Shown: positions 50,931-60,644 of the stretch, piece by piece
Position numbering within the stretch: position 1 is the stretch's first letter
How the letters are laid out: each line of letters opens with the position of its first letter
Assembly: GCA_047947115.1 (NCBI GenBank)
Contig: CP170459.1
Location: forward strand, 2,208,001-2,272,000
DNA length: 64,000 bases
DNA from: Verrucomicrobiota bacterium
Lineage (GTDB): Bacteria > Verrucomicrobiota > Verrucomicrobiia > Limisphaerales > AAA164-E04
Reading direction: 5' to 3'
The notes under the pieces: model-generated
Told to the model about the DNA's origin: nothing
Databases searched by the model: none
What the model saw: the letters and a program-made list of their open reading frames with translations, nothing else
Translations under genes and position numbers: made by a program

Positions 50931-52910
50931 CTATTCGGCAATGAAAAACTTCGCACTGCCGTCCGGTTGGACCGTGTAAGGTGAACTGGCTCCGTCCACT
51001 TCCGTATAGGGGCCTGATGCAGAATCGGAGCTCTTGAGTGCTCCTTCAAATTCGATGACCACACTGCCATCCGAGAGGGCAATGGATTGGACCGATCCTG
51101 CCGTCTGTGGTTCCTCAATGCCTTTGTCCAGCAAAGCCTGCACTCCATTCTCATAGATGAAGGCGATGTCACCGTCTGACAACGGAACCCGGAACAGGGC
51201 GATGTCGTCGATGTTCCCGATGAAGTGAAAACCGTCACCAAAGTCCTGCCCCGCCCCTATGTTGAAAGGGGTGGAATTATTCGGTGTGATTTTACTGTTG
51301 CCTTCAGATACCAATGCTCCATTGACATAGAGTTTTTTGGTTTGAGTGGCATCGTCATAGGAAATGGTTACATGATCCCATGCGCCCAAATTGACTTCTG
51401 GTCCATCCAGGGTTTGCCACCCCCCGCCACCGCTGCCGCTCCAGAAAGTCCAGGAACCGGAAGGGTTGCTGTCATAGATCAGGTAACCGGTAGGAGGGTT
51501 GCCCTGTTCGTCACGGCTGGTCAGGGGGGAGTTCCAGGTTCCGGCGCCGCCTTCGGAGTTGGCCCAGAGTGACAGTGTGAAGGAAGGCGGATTGAGGTCT
51601 GGTGTGTGTTCGAATTGAATGACTGACTCCCCGTCCAGGTAGGCGGATGTTCCAGTGAAATCACGTGCCCCTGGATCGCCATAGAATGCCAGATCTTCAA
51701 CCGGTACATATTTGCCATCGGCCGATTCCCCGCCATCGTCCAGCGGCCAGAAGGCGACCAGCGGTGAAGGCTTGCTGGTTTTGTCCAGAGGATCGGTTCC
51801 GTTTTGAATTTCTGTATTGTCAGCAAAACCATCGCCATCGGTATCGGATTTCAGCGGATGGGTGCCAGGTCCGTCCGAACTAACCTCTTCTCCATCTGTC
51901 AATCCGTCGCCATCGGTGTCGGCGACCAGCGGGTTGGTGCCGGTGTTGGAGGCGTCGACATAGACTCCTGTGTTGGATTCTGCTTTGTCATTGAGTCCGT
52001 CTTCGTCCGTATCAGCCTTGGTGGGATCGGTGCCGAGTTCGGTGATTTCTACGATAGCGGTGAGTCCGTCCCCGTCCTTGTCGGAGTCGCTGTCCGCCAC
52101 GTCTGGATCCAATCCGAACTGTGCTTCATGATCATTCAGGATGCCATCACCGTCGCGGTCCGGGTTTTCGGGTTGGAATGAGGCGACACCGTCATTCATC
52201 ACGGATTGAATGTCGTTGGCGGATAGGGCTCCATCCCAAAGACCAATATCGTCGAGATCCCCCAGAAACCAGAACCCGTCGCCAAAATCTTGTCCGGCAC
52301 CGATGTTGAACGGCGTGGTGTCGTTCGGAGTAAGAGAATCATTTGACTCGGCGACCAGTTCACCGTCGACGAACAACTTTTTCGTCTTCAGCAGGTTGTC
52401 GTAGGTGATGGCGACATGCTGCCATTCCCCCAGCAGGACTTCCGGGCCATCCAGGGTCTGCCAATTGCCGGGGTCGCTTCCATTTCCGCTCCAGAACGTC
52501 CACGATCCGGTGGGGTTGCTGTCATAGACAAGGTATCCCTGACTGGTTTGTCCCTCGGCGTTGAGATCATGACGGCTGGTCACCGGAGAATTCCAAGTTC
52601 CTGAGCCACCTTCGGATCTTGCCCAAAAAGCGAGAGTGAAACTCTCGGGATTGAGATCGCTGCTCCAATCGTGGTGGATCACGCTGCTGGCTCCATTGAA
52701 ATAAGCTGATGTGCCCGTGTTCCCGTTAGCACCCGCTCCGCCGTACTCGACGTCCATTTCGTCACTGGCAACAAAGTTGCCATCCGCAGAATTTCCATCG
52801 GAATCCAATGGAAAGTGAGCCACCAGAGAAGCGGCGTGGCCATGGCTGATTCCTGATAAAACCGCCAGGATGGCGGCCTGTTTCAGCATTACATTCAGAG
52901 TGTTTTTCAT
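50931..52910 (-). CDS. Secreted LamG-like jellyroll x2 + TSP3-like Ca-binding repeats + short C-terminal beta domain
   Basis: Two homologous domains (WNSP.TSR...WQHVAITYD...FNIGAG...DDI) flank DTDGDGL.D..E repeats. Confidence 0.88.
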   Translation of the reverse strand: MKNTLNVMLKQAAILAVLSGISHGHAASLVAHFPLDSDGNSADGNFVASDEMDVEYGGAGANGNTGTSAYFNGASSVIHHDWSSDLNPESFTLAFWARSEGGSGTWNSPVTSRHDLNAEGQTSQGYLVYDSNPTGSWTFWSGNGSDPGNWQTLDGPEVLLGEWQHVAITYDNLLKTKKLFVDGELVAESNDSLTPNDTTPFNIGAGQDFGDGFWFLGDLDDIGLWDGALSANDIQSVMNDGVASFQPENPDRDGDGILNDHEAQFGLDPDVADSDSDKDGDGLTAIVEITELGTDPTKADTDEDGLNDKAESNTGVYVDASNTGTNPLVADTDGDGLTDGEEVSSDGPGTHPLKSDTDGDGFADNTEIQNGTDPLDKTSKPSPLVAFWPLDDGGESADGKYVPVEDLAFYGDPGARDFTGTSAYLDGESVIQFEHTPDLNPPSFTLSLWANSEGGAGTWNSPLTSRDEQGNPPTGYLIYDSNPSGSWTFWSGSGGGGWQTLDGPEVNLGAWDHVTISYDDATQTKKLYVNGALVSEGNSKITPNNSTPFNIGAGQDFGDGFHFIGNIDDIALFRVPLSDGDIAFIYENGVQALLDKGIEEPQTAGSVQSIALSDGSVVIEFEGALKSSDSASGPYTEVDGASSPYTVQPDGSAKFFIAE

Positions 52911-53060
52911 ATCAACTTTAAGCAATGATTCAACTGTCACTTCGAGCCAAGATGACTCAAAGACCTCTGAATGATAGTGGCTGCTCCCTGGTTCGGCAAG
53001 CTGCAAGGGGCAGTTGTCTTGAAACCTTGAGGTATGGATGTTGGGGGAAGGGCTTTGGAT

Positions 53061-54260
53061 TTAAACAGTTGGAGAAACATCCCGGATCACCACGGTGATC
53101 ATGGGGCCAGATTCCGTTTCCATGGTTTTGAAGTTCATTTCGGCATCAAATCTTTTTCCTTCCCGTGTGATGGCTTTCATTTTGAAACCTGACACTCCCA
53201 GATAATCCATGAAAACCTTTTCAAGATGATCCTCATTGTCCGCTGGGTTCGTTGTGCCATGACTTGTTGAGAGCAGCACATTGAAAGGTTTGCCGATCAA
53301 TTCGTCCTTGGGCCATCCGAAGATGATTTCTCCGTGATGATTCACATTGCTGATGGCACCCTTGGGATCGATCATCATCATGGCATCGGGAGCGAAATTA
53401 AAAAGGTCCTCAAGTAGCTTTTGACGTTTCAAAAGTTGTCGTTCGGTCCTCTCTTGTGTAGTCAGACTGTCATGCCAGTGTTTAACCATTTCGTTGAAAG
53501 TGCGTGCCAAATATCCCATTTCATTGTTGCCCGCATATGTAAAACGCACTGTTGTCCTGCCAGTTTGGATACGTTCCATGGTGGTTACGAGAGATTGTAA
53601 TGGTTTTATTACCAAATGGCACGCCACCCAGCACCCCAGTATGGCCAAACCTAACTGTACCATTCCCAGCATCGTGATCCATCTGCTTGATGACGTGATG
53701 GATTGGTGTACGGCTTGCTGGTTATGGGCGGATAGGGACATTGAATATCTCTGATATTCATGAAGTGTCGTGATGATTGCTTTCAGCTCGGGCAGTAAAC
53801 GGGTGTTGATGGTTTGAATTTTCATGTCCGAACTTTCATTGGGAAAAGTGGCCAGAAAGTGTTTGTAATTGGATGAAAACGACTTCCAGATCGATTGTGC
53901 CGAATTGAATATCGTGATGAGATTAGATTCCTGTGCTGCTGTATCCGTGTTTTTAGTCGGCTCAATCAATTTGGAGAGTTTATCAAAATGACCCTCGATT
54001 TCATGGATCAGCTGTTCCGGGGTAAGGTCCGGCATGATGTTGATCGCGTTGGGGGAACCTTCCGACAATAGGTAGATGCCAATGTCCTCCAGATGGTAGA
54101 GAATCGCATGGGTTTCATCGAACGATTTGATCACAAAATCTTTGGTTAATATTGAGGAAACGTCGATTCGAGAAAAGATACGCAACGTGCTCATGCTGAT
54201 GCCGAACGATATCAGGCCGATAGCAAGAAAGGAGGTAGTGATGGTTGAGCGGATCTGCAT
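53061..54260 (-). CDS. Membrane sensor with periplasmic domain, HAMP and PAS but no output domain
   Basis: Two TM segments; HAMP (KPLQSL...NEMGYLARTFNEM); PAS (APDAMM...N...IFGW..DELIGK). Ends VIRDVSPTV*. Confidence 0.8.
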   Translation of the reverse strand: MQIRSTITTSFLAIGLISFGISMSTLRIFSRIDVSSILTKDFVIKSFDETHAILYHLEDIGIYLLSEGSPNAINIMPDLTPEQLIHEIEGHFDKLSKLIEPTKNTDTAAQESNLITIFNSAQSIWKSFSSNYKHFLATFPNESSDMKIQTINTRLLPELKAIITTLHEYQRYSMSLSAHNQQAVHQSITSSSRWITMLGMVQLGLAILGCWVACHLVIKPLQSLVTTMERIQTGRTTVRFTYAGNNEMGYLARTFNEMVKHWHDSLTTQERTERQLLKRQKLLEDLFNFAPDAMMMIDPKGAISNVNHHGEIIFGWPKDELIGKPFNVLLSTSHGTTNPADNEDHLEKVFMDYLGVSGFKMKAITREGKRFDAEMNFKTMETESGPMITVVIRDVSPTV

Positions 54261-54402
54261 TGGATACCAAGACTATGACTCTAATAGACTAGTTTATTGC
54301 GGCGGAAATTCGATAAAAAATTAAAATTATTTACGATTGTGACATTACCATGAAATCTTGACTGCAAAAGAGCAAAAGCTGAACTCAGCTTTAAGGATAA
54401 AG

Positions 54403-54645
54403 CTATTTGGAGTTACGCTGATCCAAAGCGAGGGATGTGCCGTGGTGGGGACTTTCAGTCGAGGCCAACGGCTTTGCTTTGCACATCCTGTAGGGGTAGT
54501 TTTGGTATTCGTGTCCCTGGTCTCCAATCGTAAATTGGCTACCCTGTTCGGATACAACCAGTTCCCCAATCTGTGGATGATTGCTGACCGCTGCGTGAAA
54601 TACTTGCCCATCGGTAGTATGTAATTCGATTTTTATAGTCATCAT
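54403..54645 (-). CDS. Small hypothetical protein (~80 aa)
   Basis: MMTIKIELHTTDGQVF... has protein-like composition and fills an otherwise empty gap in the same orientation as its neighbours. Confidence 0.4.
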   Translation of the reverse strand: MMTIKIELHTTDGQVFHAAVSNHPQIGELVVSEQGSQFTIGDQGHEYQNYPYRMCKAKPLASTESPHHGTSLALDQRNSK

Positions 54646-54934
54646 ATTTGGTTGTGATCTGAATGATTGTTTGTTCCGCCATAGCAGAAATCCCATTTCA
54701 AAAGGAGAAATCCGATGCATGGTTTCATGGCATGATTCGCGTGGATCGTGGGGCTGCAGCCATAACCCATGACTGATAAATCAATTACACATACAAGACC
54801 GTTCTGAATTGCCTCAGATCGCTCTTACCTGTCAACCGTGTCGTAAAACCGATACGAAGTCCTCCTTCCTATATATGCGTGAAAAACGACACAACGAGGT
54901 CAAATTTTTTTTTGTTTTTTAGATAGTCATAAGA

Positions 54935-56449
54935 TTAAGCCTTGCGGGAAATGAGCAGGAGACCAAGAAAAGTCAGGGCACCGTTGTAAATGAGGATTTC
55001 AAAACCGATCGCTGCTCCAAACCATTTGGAGGCATTCCAGTTAATGATAAAGCTGATGATGGCTGCGCTCACACACACGATGGCAACCCAACGGTCGTAG
55101 ACCCTTCGTTTGGTGAACAACCCAAATCCATATAGACCGAGCAGTGGACCGTAGGTGAATCCTGCTGCTTTGAAGATTTGGGCAATCACAGCTTCATTGT
55201 TCAAACTTTTGAAGATGAGAATGACCAGGAAAATCAAGACAGAAAATCCCAATTGAACCTGTTGCCGCCGACGTTGCTGAGATGCTTCTTCGGATGGAAC
55301 TTGTGTGTCCTTGGAAATGCCCAGGAAGTCTACACAAAAACTTGTGGTCAACGCCGCGAGGGCGGAATCCGCGGAAGAATAGGCCGCTGCGACCAGTCCC
55401 AAAATAAAAAGGATACCCACCGTTCCGGGTAGATAATCAATGGCGAGAACCGGGAACAGGTAGTCCGTGCCACGTGCCATCATCTCTCCACTGACGCTGT
55501 CCTTGATCAGTAGCTGAAAGTTGCCGCCCACTGTGGATTCTTCTATCAGTCCCTTTTGATTTCCGTAGAGGTACAGTAGTGCACCCAGCGTGAGGAAGGC
55601 CAGATTGACCAAAATCAGCACGGTGCTGAAACTGAAAATATTGAGTTGAGCCTCCCTGAGGTTACGGCAAGTCAGGTTTTTCTGCATCATGTCCTGATCC
55701 AATCCCGTCATGACGATGGCGATAAAGGCGCCGCTCATGAGTTGCATGAAGAAGTTTTGAGGGCCTGCATTCCAGAAAAATACCTGGCTGTATCGGCTTT
55801 CACTTACCGCTTCAACCATTCCGCCCGGGTTCAGGTCAAGATGGCCGGCTATCCACCAAACGGTGAGGGTTACCGATGCCAGCATGCAAAAGGTTTGCAG
55901 CGTATCCGTCCAGACCACCGTTTTGATCCCTCCTCGATAGGTGTAAATAAAGATGAGTATGATGGATATCGCCACAGGTACCGCGAAGGGAATGGTTATT
56001 CCGAATTTTTGCAGAATGAATTGGAACACAATGGCTACCAAATATAATCGGAATGAAGCTCCAATGGTGCGGGAGAGCAGGAAAAAGGCTGCTCCCGTTT
56101 TGTAAGAAACTCCTCCAAATCTCGACTCCAGATATCCGTAAATCGAAGTCAACTGCATACGGTAATACAGAGGCATCAGGACCAGTGCGATGAACGCGTA
56201 ACCGATCAGATAACCAAGTACCATTTGCATATAGGAGAACTGGCTGGTGGCTACCCAACCTGGGACTGATATAAATGTGACGCCCGACAGCGACGCTCCG
56301 ATCATGCCAAAAGCCACAAGATACCAGGGAGAAGCACGGTTGCCTGTAAAGTAGGTGGCATTGTTGGCGTTTCGACCGGTTCTCAATGAGATGAGAAACA
56401 GAATGCAAAAATAAGCTGCAACAACAATAAGTATCAGAATGGGTGACAT
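54935..56449 (-). CDS. Sodium:solute symporter
   Basis: GASLSGVTFISVPG, GGIKTVVWTDTLQ, GLDQDMMQK, AAAYSSADS. Confidence 0.92.
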   Translation of the reverse strand: MSPILILIVVAAYFCILFLISLRTGRNANNATYFTGNRASPWYLVAFGMIGASLSGVTFISVPGWVATSQFSYMQMVLGYLIGYAFIALVLMPLYYRMQLTSIYGYLESRFGGVSYKTGAAFFLLSRTIGASFRLYLVAIVFQFILQKFGITIPFAVPVAISIILIFIYTYRGGIKTVVWTDTLQTFCMLASVTLTVWWIAGHLDLNPGGMVEAVSESRYSQVFFWNAGPQNFFMQLMSGAFIAIVMTGLDQDMMQKNLTCRNLREAQLNIFSFSTVLILVNLAFLTLGALLYLYGNQKGLIEESTVGGNFQLLIKDSVSGEMMARGTDYLFPVLAIDYLPGTVGILFILGLVAAAYSSADSALAALTTSFCVDFLGISKDTQVPSEEASQQRRRQQVQLGFSVLIFLVILIFKSLNNEAVIAQIFKAAGFTYGPLLGLYGFGLFTKRRVYDRWVAIVCVSAAIISFIINWNASKWFGAAIGFEILIYNGALTFLGLLLISRKA

Positions 56450-56486
56450 GAATCGTGTTCTTTTCAGAATTTAATCAAAAGTCCAT

Positions 56487-57677
56487 TCAAGACCTTGAAT
56501 GACATGGCGTCAATGGCAGTTGAAAGGACTGGATGCTCGGTGGTAAATGAATGCTCCCCCCTATACATGGCTGCTTGGCCCCGGTGACAGAAGTCAACGT
56601 GTTGGGTCTGCCAAGCAGGGTTTGCAGGCCAAGAAACGCGAAGATCATGGCCTCCTTGTAATCCGTCAGCATTGGATCTGTGCTGACTTGGAGGTGGTTG
56701 CCAGCTTCCTTGAGTTTTTTTTGAATCAATTGAACAAGGTGTGAGTTATGAACTCCTCCTCCACTGACCAGCAGTGAATCCTGATCTGACCTGGATGCAT
56801 GAATCGAAAGCGCATGGACCAACCGGTTTGCGATGTGTTCGCTGTAGGTTGCCAATTTGTCTTGCCATGATCCTCCTTCATTTTCCAACAAAGGCAGGAT
56901 GATTGATTCGAACCATTCCTTTCCCAGGCTTTTGGGGGGAGGGGATTGATACCAGTCAATGCCTTCCAGAGAGCTGAGCAGAGTCGGGATGATATGACCC
57001 GACGCCGCATGCCTTCCATCCGGATCATAGCCCAGTTCAGGCGAAAGTTTTTCCGCCATCCAATTGAGTGCCATGTTGCAAACGCAGACATCGAATGCCC
57101 GATCTCCGCAGGTCAGGTTTGCAATGCCTCCCAGATTCAGAAAAAGTTGTCCGGAAGGAAACAACAGCCTCTCACCGAAGGGGACCAATGGGGCACCCTG
57201 ACCTCCCAATGCAATGTCCTTGTTTCGAAACTGGGTTACCAGGGGAACTTGCAGATAGGATGCCATTGTTTCTCCGTCTCCAATTTGTGTTGTGAACGTG
57301 TTCTCGGGTTGGTGAAAGATTGTCTGTCCGTGACTGGCGACAAATTGAGGATTCATTCCGGCATCTTGAATGAATGCTCTTACACTGGAACCGAGAAAGT
57401 GCCCGAATTCAACATCCGTCCGAGCGAATAGCATGGCACTTTGGGTGTCCAGGAATTTTAGTTTTCCAGTCCAGTCCTTCGTAAAAGGGAGCGTTGTAGC
57501 TTTCAGGATTTCATACGACCAATTGTTGGGATGGCTTTTTTCTGCATCTTCAGTCGTTGGGCATTCCGTGAACCGACAAAAAGCCAGATCGACACCGTCC
57601 ATGGAGGTTCCGGACATAAGGCCGATGCCTTCGTAGATGTTGATGGGTGGATTTTGAATGGTGGAATTTGAGATAAT
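56487..57677 (-). CDS. anmK: Anhydro-N-acetylmuramic acid kinase (start uncertain)
   Basis: GLMSGTSMDGVD, SHGQTIFH, DIALGGQGAPLVP, NLGGIAN, PPKSLGKE, KEAMIFA. Confidence 0.93.
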   Translation of the reverse strand: MISNSTIQNPPINIYEGIGLMSGTSMDGVDLAFCRFTECPTTEDAEKSHPNNWSYEILKATTLPFTKDWTGKLKFLDTQSAMLFARTDVEFGHFLGSSVRAFIQDAGMNPQFVASHGQTIFHQPENTFTTQIGDGETMASYLQVPLVTQFRNKDIALGGQGAPLVPFGERLLFPSGQLFLNLGGIANLTCGDRAFDVCVCNMALNWMAEKLSPELGYDPDGRHAASGHIIPTLLSSLEGIDWYQSPPPKSLGKEWFESIILPLLENEGGSWQDKLATYSEHIANRLVHALSIHASRSDQDSLLVSGGGVHNSHLVQLIQKKLKEAGNHLQVSTDPMLTDYKEAMIFAFLGLQTLLGRPNTLTSVTGAKQPCIGGSIHLPPSIQSFQLPLTPCHSRS

Positions 57678-57742
57678 GGTGATTGGGTAAGGTTGCCGGC
57701 TTCCCTTTGGGCGCCATTTGAGATTTGTGGACCACAAGGGTT

Positions 57743-57767
57743 GCGCGTCGGGGACCACACGCTCTAC
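57743..57767 (-). repeat. Solo GTAG REP
   Basis: GTAGAGCGTGTGGTCCCCGACGCGC on the minus strand, similar to the REPIN right end. Confidence 0.55.
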
Positions 57768-57785
57768 CTTTTGTTGGCTTCAGGG

Positions 57786-58661
57786 TTATTGGATCAGGGG
57801 ATCGAGGAACTTGTAGACTTCCTGTGTCACCGGATCATTCGGATCGCCGATGTCATTGTTCAATTGACTGTGGTTGGTGTTGCTTTTGCCGACAGCTTTG
57901 GCTGCGATGCCTGCCTGGCGCAGACTTCGTTCAAGAAGCCGAGCCTGGGCGTTGGTGTCGGGATTCCCAGAAAAATAGAGGATAAGAAAGGGGGGAATAT
58001 GTTTGTCTTTTGCAACATGAGTCACGGCTGAAAAATTCACGTGTTTGTCCGGATCATTTCCAAATTTCTGGCGGTGCCCGAAGGTGAACATTTTTCCGCC
58101 GTACAAGGTTTGGCGATGTTCCGCAGTCATGATGATTTTGGGAATGTCATAGGTGTCGCCATCCACCGGTATGCATCCTTTCAGGCTTTCGAAGGAAACA
58201 CCTTCTTGCTTCAGGTAACGGTCATCGATACAGATCAATGCCGCAAGTTGAGCCCCCGCGGAATGTCCTCCGACAATGATGCGGTTCGGATCGCCACCGT
58301 ACCGGGCAATGTTTCGATGAATCCACCCGAGAGACCTGGCCACGTCTGTGATTAACGTCTCCATATCCACTTCCGGCAACAATCGATAATTGGTGGATAC
58401 CATGATGCAGCCTTTTTCTGTGAATGATTTTGGTTTCAGCGCCACGTCACTTTTGTCTCCAACCACCCAACCGCCTCCGTGAATCCAGAATACAACCGGC
58501 AGTTTGTCCTCCGACTTTGATTCGGGTGTGTAAATATCCAGCACATGGCGCTCGTGGCCGGACTGGGTGTAGGCTACATTGGATGTCAGTTCCTGAGAGA
58601 AAAGGTGAGGTTGAAGGCTCAGAAAGATGAGCTGCAGTAAATGAATCCTGTTCAATTTCAT
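57786..58661 (-). CDS. Alpha/beta hydrolase (esterase/lipase, HSL-like)
   Basis: LDIY, HGGGW..GDK, NYRL, GHSAGA. Confidence 0.9.
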   Translation of the reverse strand: MKLNRIHLLQLIFLSLQPHLFSQELTSNVAYTQSGHERHVLDIYTPESKSEDKLPVVFWIHGGGWVVGDKSDVALKPKSFTEKGCIMVSTNYRLLPEVDMETLITDVARSLGWIHRNIARYGGDPNRIIVGGHSAGAQLAALICIDDRYLKQEGVSFESLKGCIPVDGDTYDIPKIIMTAEHRQTLYGGKMFTFGHRQKFGNDPDKHVNFSAVTHVAKDKHIPPFLILYFSGNPDTNAQARLLERSLRQAGIAAKAVGKSNTNHSQLNNDIGDPNDPVTQEVYKFLDPLIQ

Positions 58662-58733
58662 AACTCGGCTTAACACGTGCTCGGATGCTACAGGATTCCC
58701 GCTGTTCATAGCCACTCAAATTAAACGCAAAAT

Positions 58734-58769
58734 AGACCAGATCTCGCACTGCGCGAGATCTGGTCTTTT
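58734..58769. terminator. Bidirectional-looking terminator downstream of the porin gene
   Basis: AGACCAGATCTCGC-ACTGC-GCGAGATCTGGTCT with A/T tails. Confidence 0.7.
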
Positions 58770-58792
58770 CCTTGGTCGTCTACGGTTTCTTT

Positions 58793-60079
58793 CTAGAAAT
58801 TAAATGCTGCTTGCAACCAGTAGCGTGTGCGGCCCGCTCTACCGTCGTCTCCGTCTTGATAGAGTGCTGCCTTGGCGAGGAGACTGAAGTATTTGCCCAG
58901 CTTTTTGGTGGCAAGAATATTGACTTCGTTACCATAGTCGTTGCCTCCATCTTCTGCTGAAAAATCGTGATAAAGGATTTTCAATGGAACCCCACCCGGT
59001 AGATTGTAACCAATCCAGGCATACATGTCTTCAAGACCATCTGCCGGCGTTGCAAGGAATGCATCCGCCCAGCCATTAAAAGCATGCGCCGTGGCAAGCG
59101 GAGTTGAAAACCCGATGGTCCCGTTATCGCTTGCCAAAACTTCATACCCGAGCCCGAAGTTGAATTTCTTGTAAAATCCTCCTGCATTCAGGTGGTAATA
59201 CGGAGCGGAGTAGTCGATGGGATTATCCCCATAGTCTGATTGCATCGCAAATTCGGCTTTGTAAGATGCCGCCCACGCATCATTGATCGTATATTTTCCA
59301 TCCAGACTTGCACCAAAGGTTGAGGACGAGAGTGCCAGCGCGTCCGGTAAATCGAGTAAATAACCGTATCCGGTCAATTTGCCGGGTTTTCCCAGATCAT
59401 AGGCAACGTGAAATATGTGCGAATCGGAATCCCAGTTGCCCGCCGGATGGTCATCCCCAAAAATCCGGTGAATCCGGAACAAATAGGCATAGAACAGTTC
59501 CGTTTTGGGAATCAGACTGGTGTTTTTCAAGCTCACCGCGTCGAAAGTTTGTTCATTCTGGCGCCAGATAACGTTTCCAACAAATCGAGCGTTATCCAGA
59601 ACAATACGCTGGCGACCAAACTTGACGGTGGTATCCATTTTTTCGTACGACAACCAGGCGCGATTCACTTCGGTGGCTTCTGGATCCGCAATAACAGACT
59701 TTGTAGCGGAGTTAGGATTGAGTCCTGCCGGATTGTAATTGTCTTCATCAATAAGACTGGTCACATTTTCAAACTCGAGCATGGACTTGAATCCTGACAG
59801 GTTTCCGGTGGTGTATCCAAGACGCGTTCTCAGGGTGAGCGCGTTCGATTCTGCCGGATCCGGTCCCCCGCCGAAAGAATCGATATCTGCATATTCATAG
59901 CGGAGATTGGAATTCACGTTGACCTTACCCTCGGTCAAGAATGCGGGCAATTTGTCCTTGAACCAGGAGGGGGAGTCTTTCGTTTCCTCAGCCCTTGTTT
60001 GGACTATCGTCGCACAAGCAATAGCCAGCAAGGCATGAACTCGGTTCGAGTATTTTGGGTGTTTGTTCAGGTTGTTCAT
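58793..60079 (-). CDS. Alginate export family outer-membrane beta-barrel porin
   Basis: LRYE, LTLRTRLGY, GRQRIVLDNARFVGNV.WRQNEQTFD, TPLATAHAFNGWAD, C-terminal F. Confidence 0.88.
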   Translation of the reverse strand: MNNLNKHPKYSNRVHALLAIACATIVQTRAEETKDSPSWFKDKLPAFLTEGKVNVNSNLRYEYADIDSFGGGPDPAESNALTLRTRLGYTTGNLSGFKSMLEFENVTSLIDEDNYNPAGLNPNSATKSVIADPEATEVNRAWLSYEKMDTTVKFGRQRIVLDNARFVGNVIWRQNEQTFDAVSLKNTSLIPKTELFYAYLFRIHRIFGDDHPAGNWDSDSHIFHVAYDLGKPGKLTGYGYLLDLPDALALSSSTFGASLDGKYTINDAWAASYKAEFAMQSDYGDNPIDYSAPYYHLNAGGFYKKFNFGLGYEVLASDNGTIGFSTPLATAHAFNGWADAFLATPADGLEDMYAWIGYNLPGGVPLKILYHDFSAEDGGNDYGNEVNILATKKLGKYFSLLAKAALYQDGDDGRAGRTRYWLQAAFNF

Positions 60080-60211
60080 CAGTTTTCAATTTCTAGGATT
60101 CGGGTTCAGAAGTCTTTGCATCACGCCCCGCCAATGCCCAGGTGATTTCAGGATTGGTGAAACCGTGATGTCTTCAGACAGTTTTTGTCCCTTCATCGGA
60201 CATTTCAACGC

Positions 60212-60229
60212 GAGCACTGGCAATGCCAG
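60212..60229 (-). promoter_or_regulatory. Sigma54 (-24/-12) promoter of the porin gene
   Basis: CTGGCATTGCCAGTGCT on the minus strand with exact GG-N10-GC spacing, ~135 nt upstream of the ATG. Confidence 0.6.
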
Positions 60230-60644
60230 AACCTTATGATTGATTATAAGGTGCATGAATCGTTTGCATGAATGGAATGAAGGAATTGCATGGATCCCCT
60301 AAAGGTATGGTGGCTTGCGGTTCGGCAGTTATAGCATACGTGGTGATGTCTTGGATCAGAAGCATCATGGGCCTGTGCAATGGAAACTCCCCTCTGTCGA
60401 ACTGATTATAGGACGGAACCGATGTCGCATTTTTTATGAACTGTCTCCTTTTATACAGGTTCGTGAAAAGAATGGAGCAAAAGACGAAGCCGGTCGTAAT
60501 GGTTCTCGATCAGAAAAGAGTTTGATTGATGCAGACCACTTATTAATACTCACTGTCATCCAATTCACTTTAAATCCGGCTGAGATGAGACGCGGAGCAA
60601 ACGTGCTGATGAGGCATCTGTTGGTTTTGAATTTAGTATTGAAT

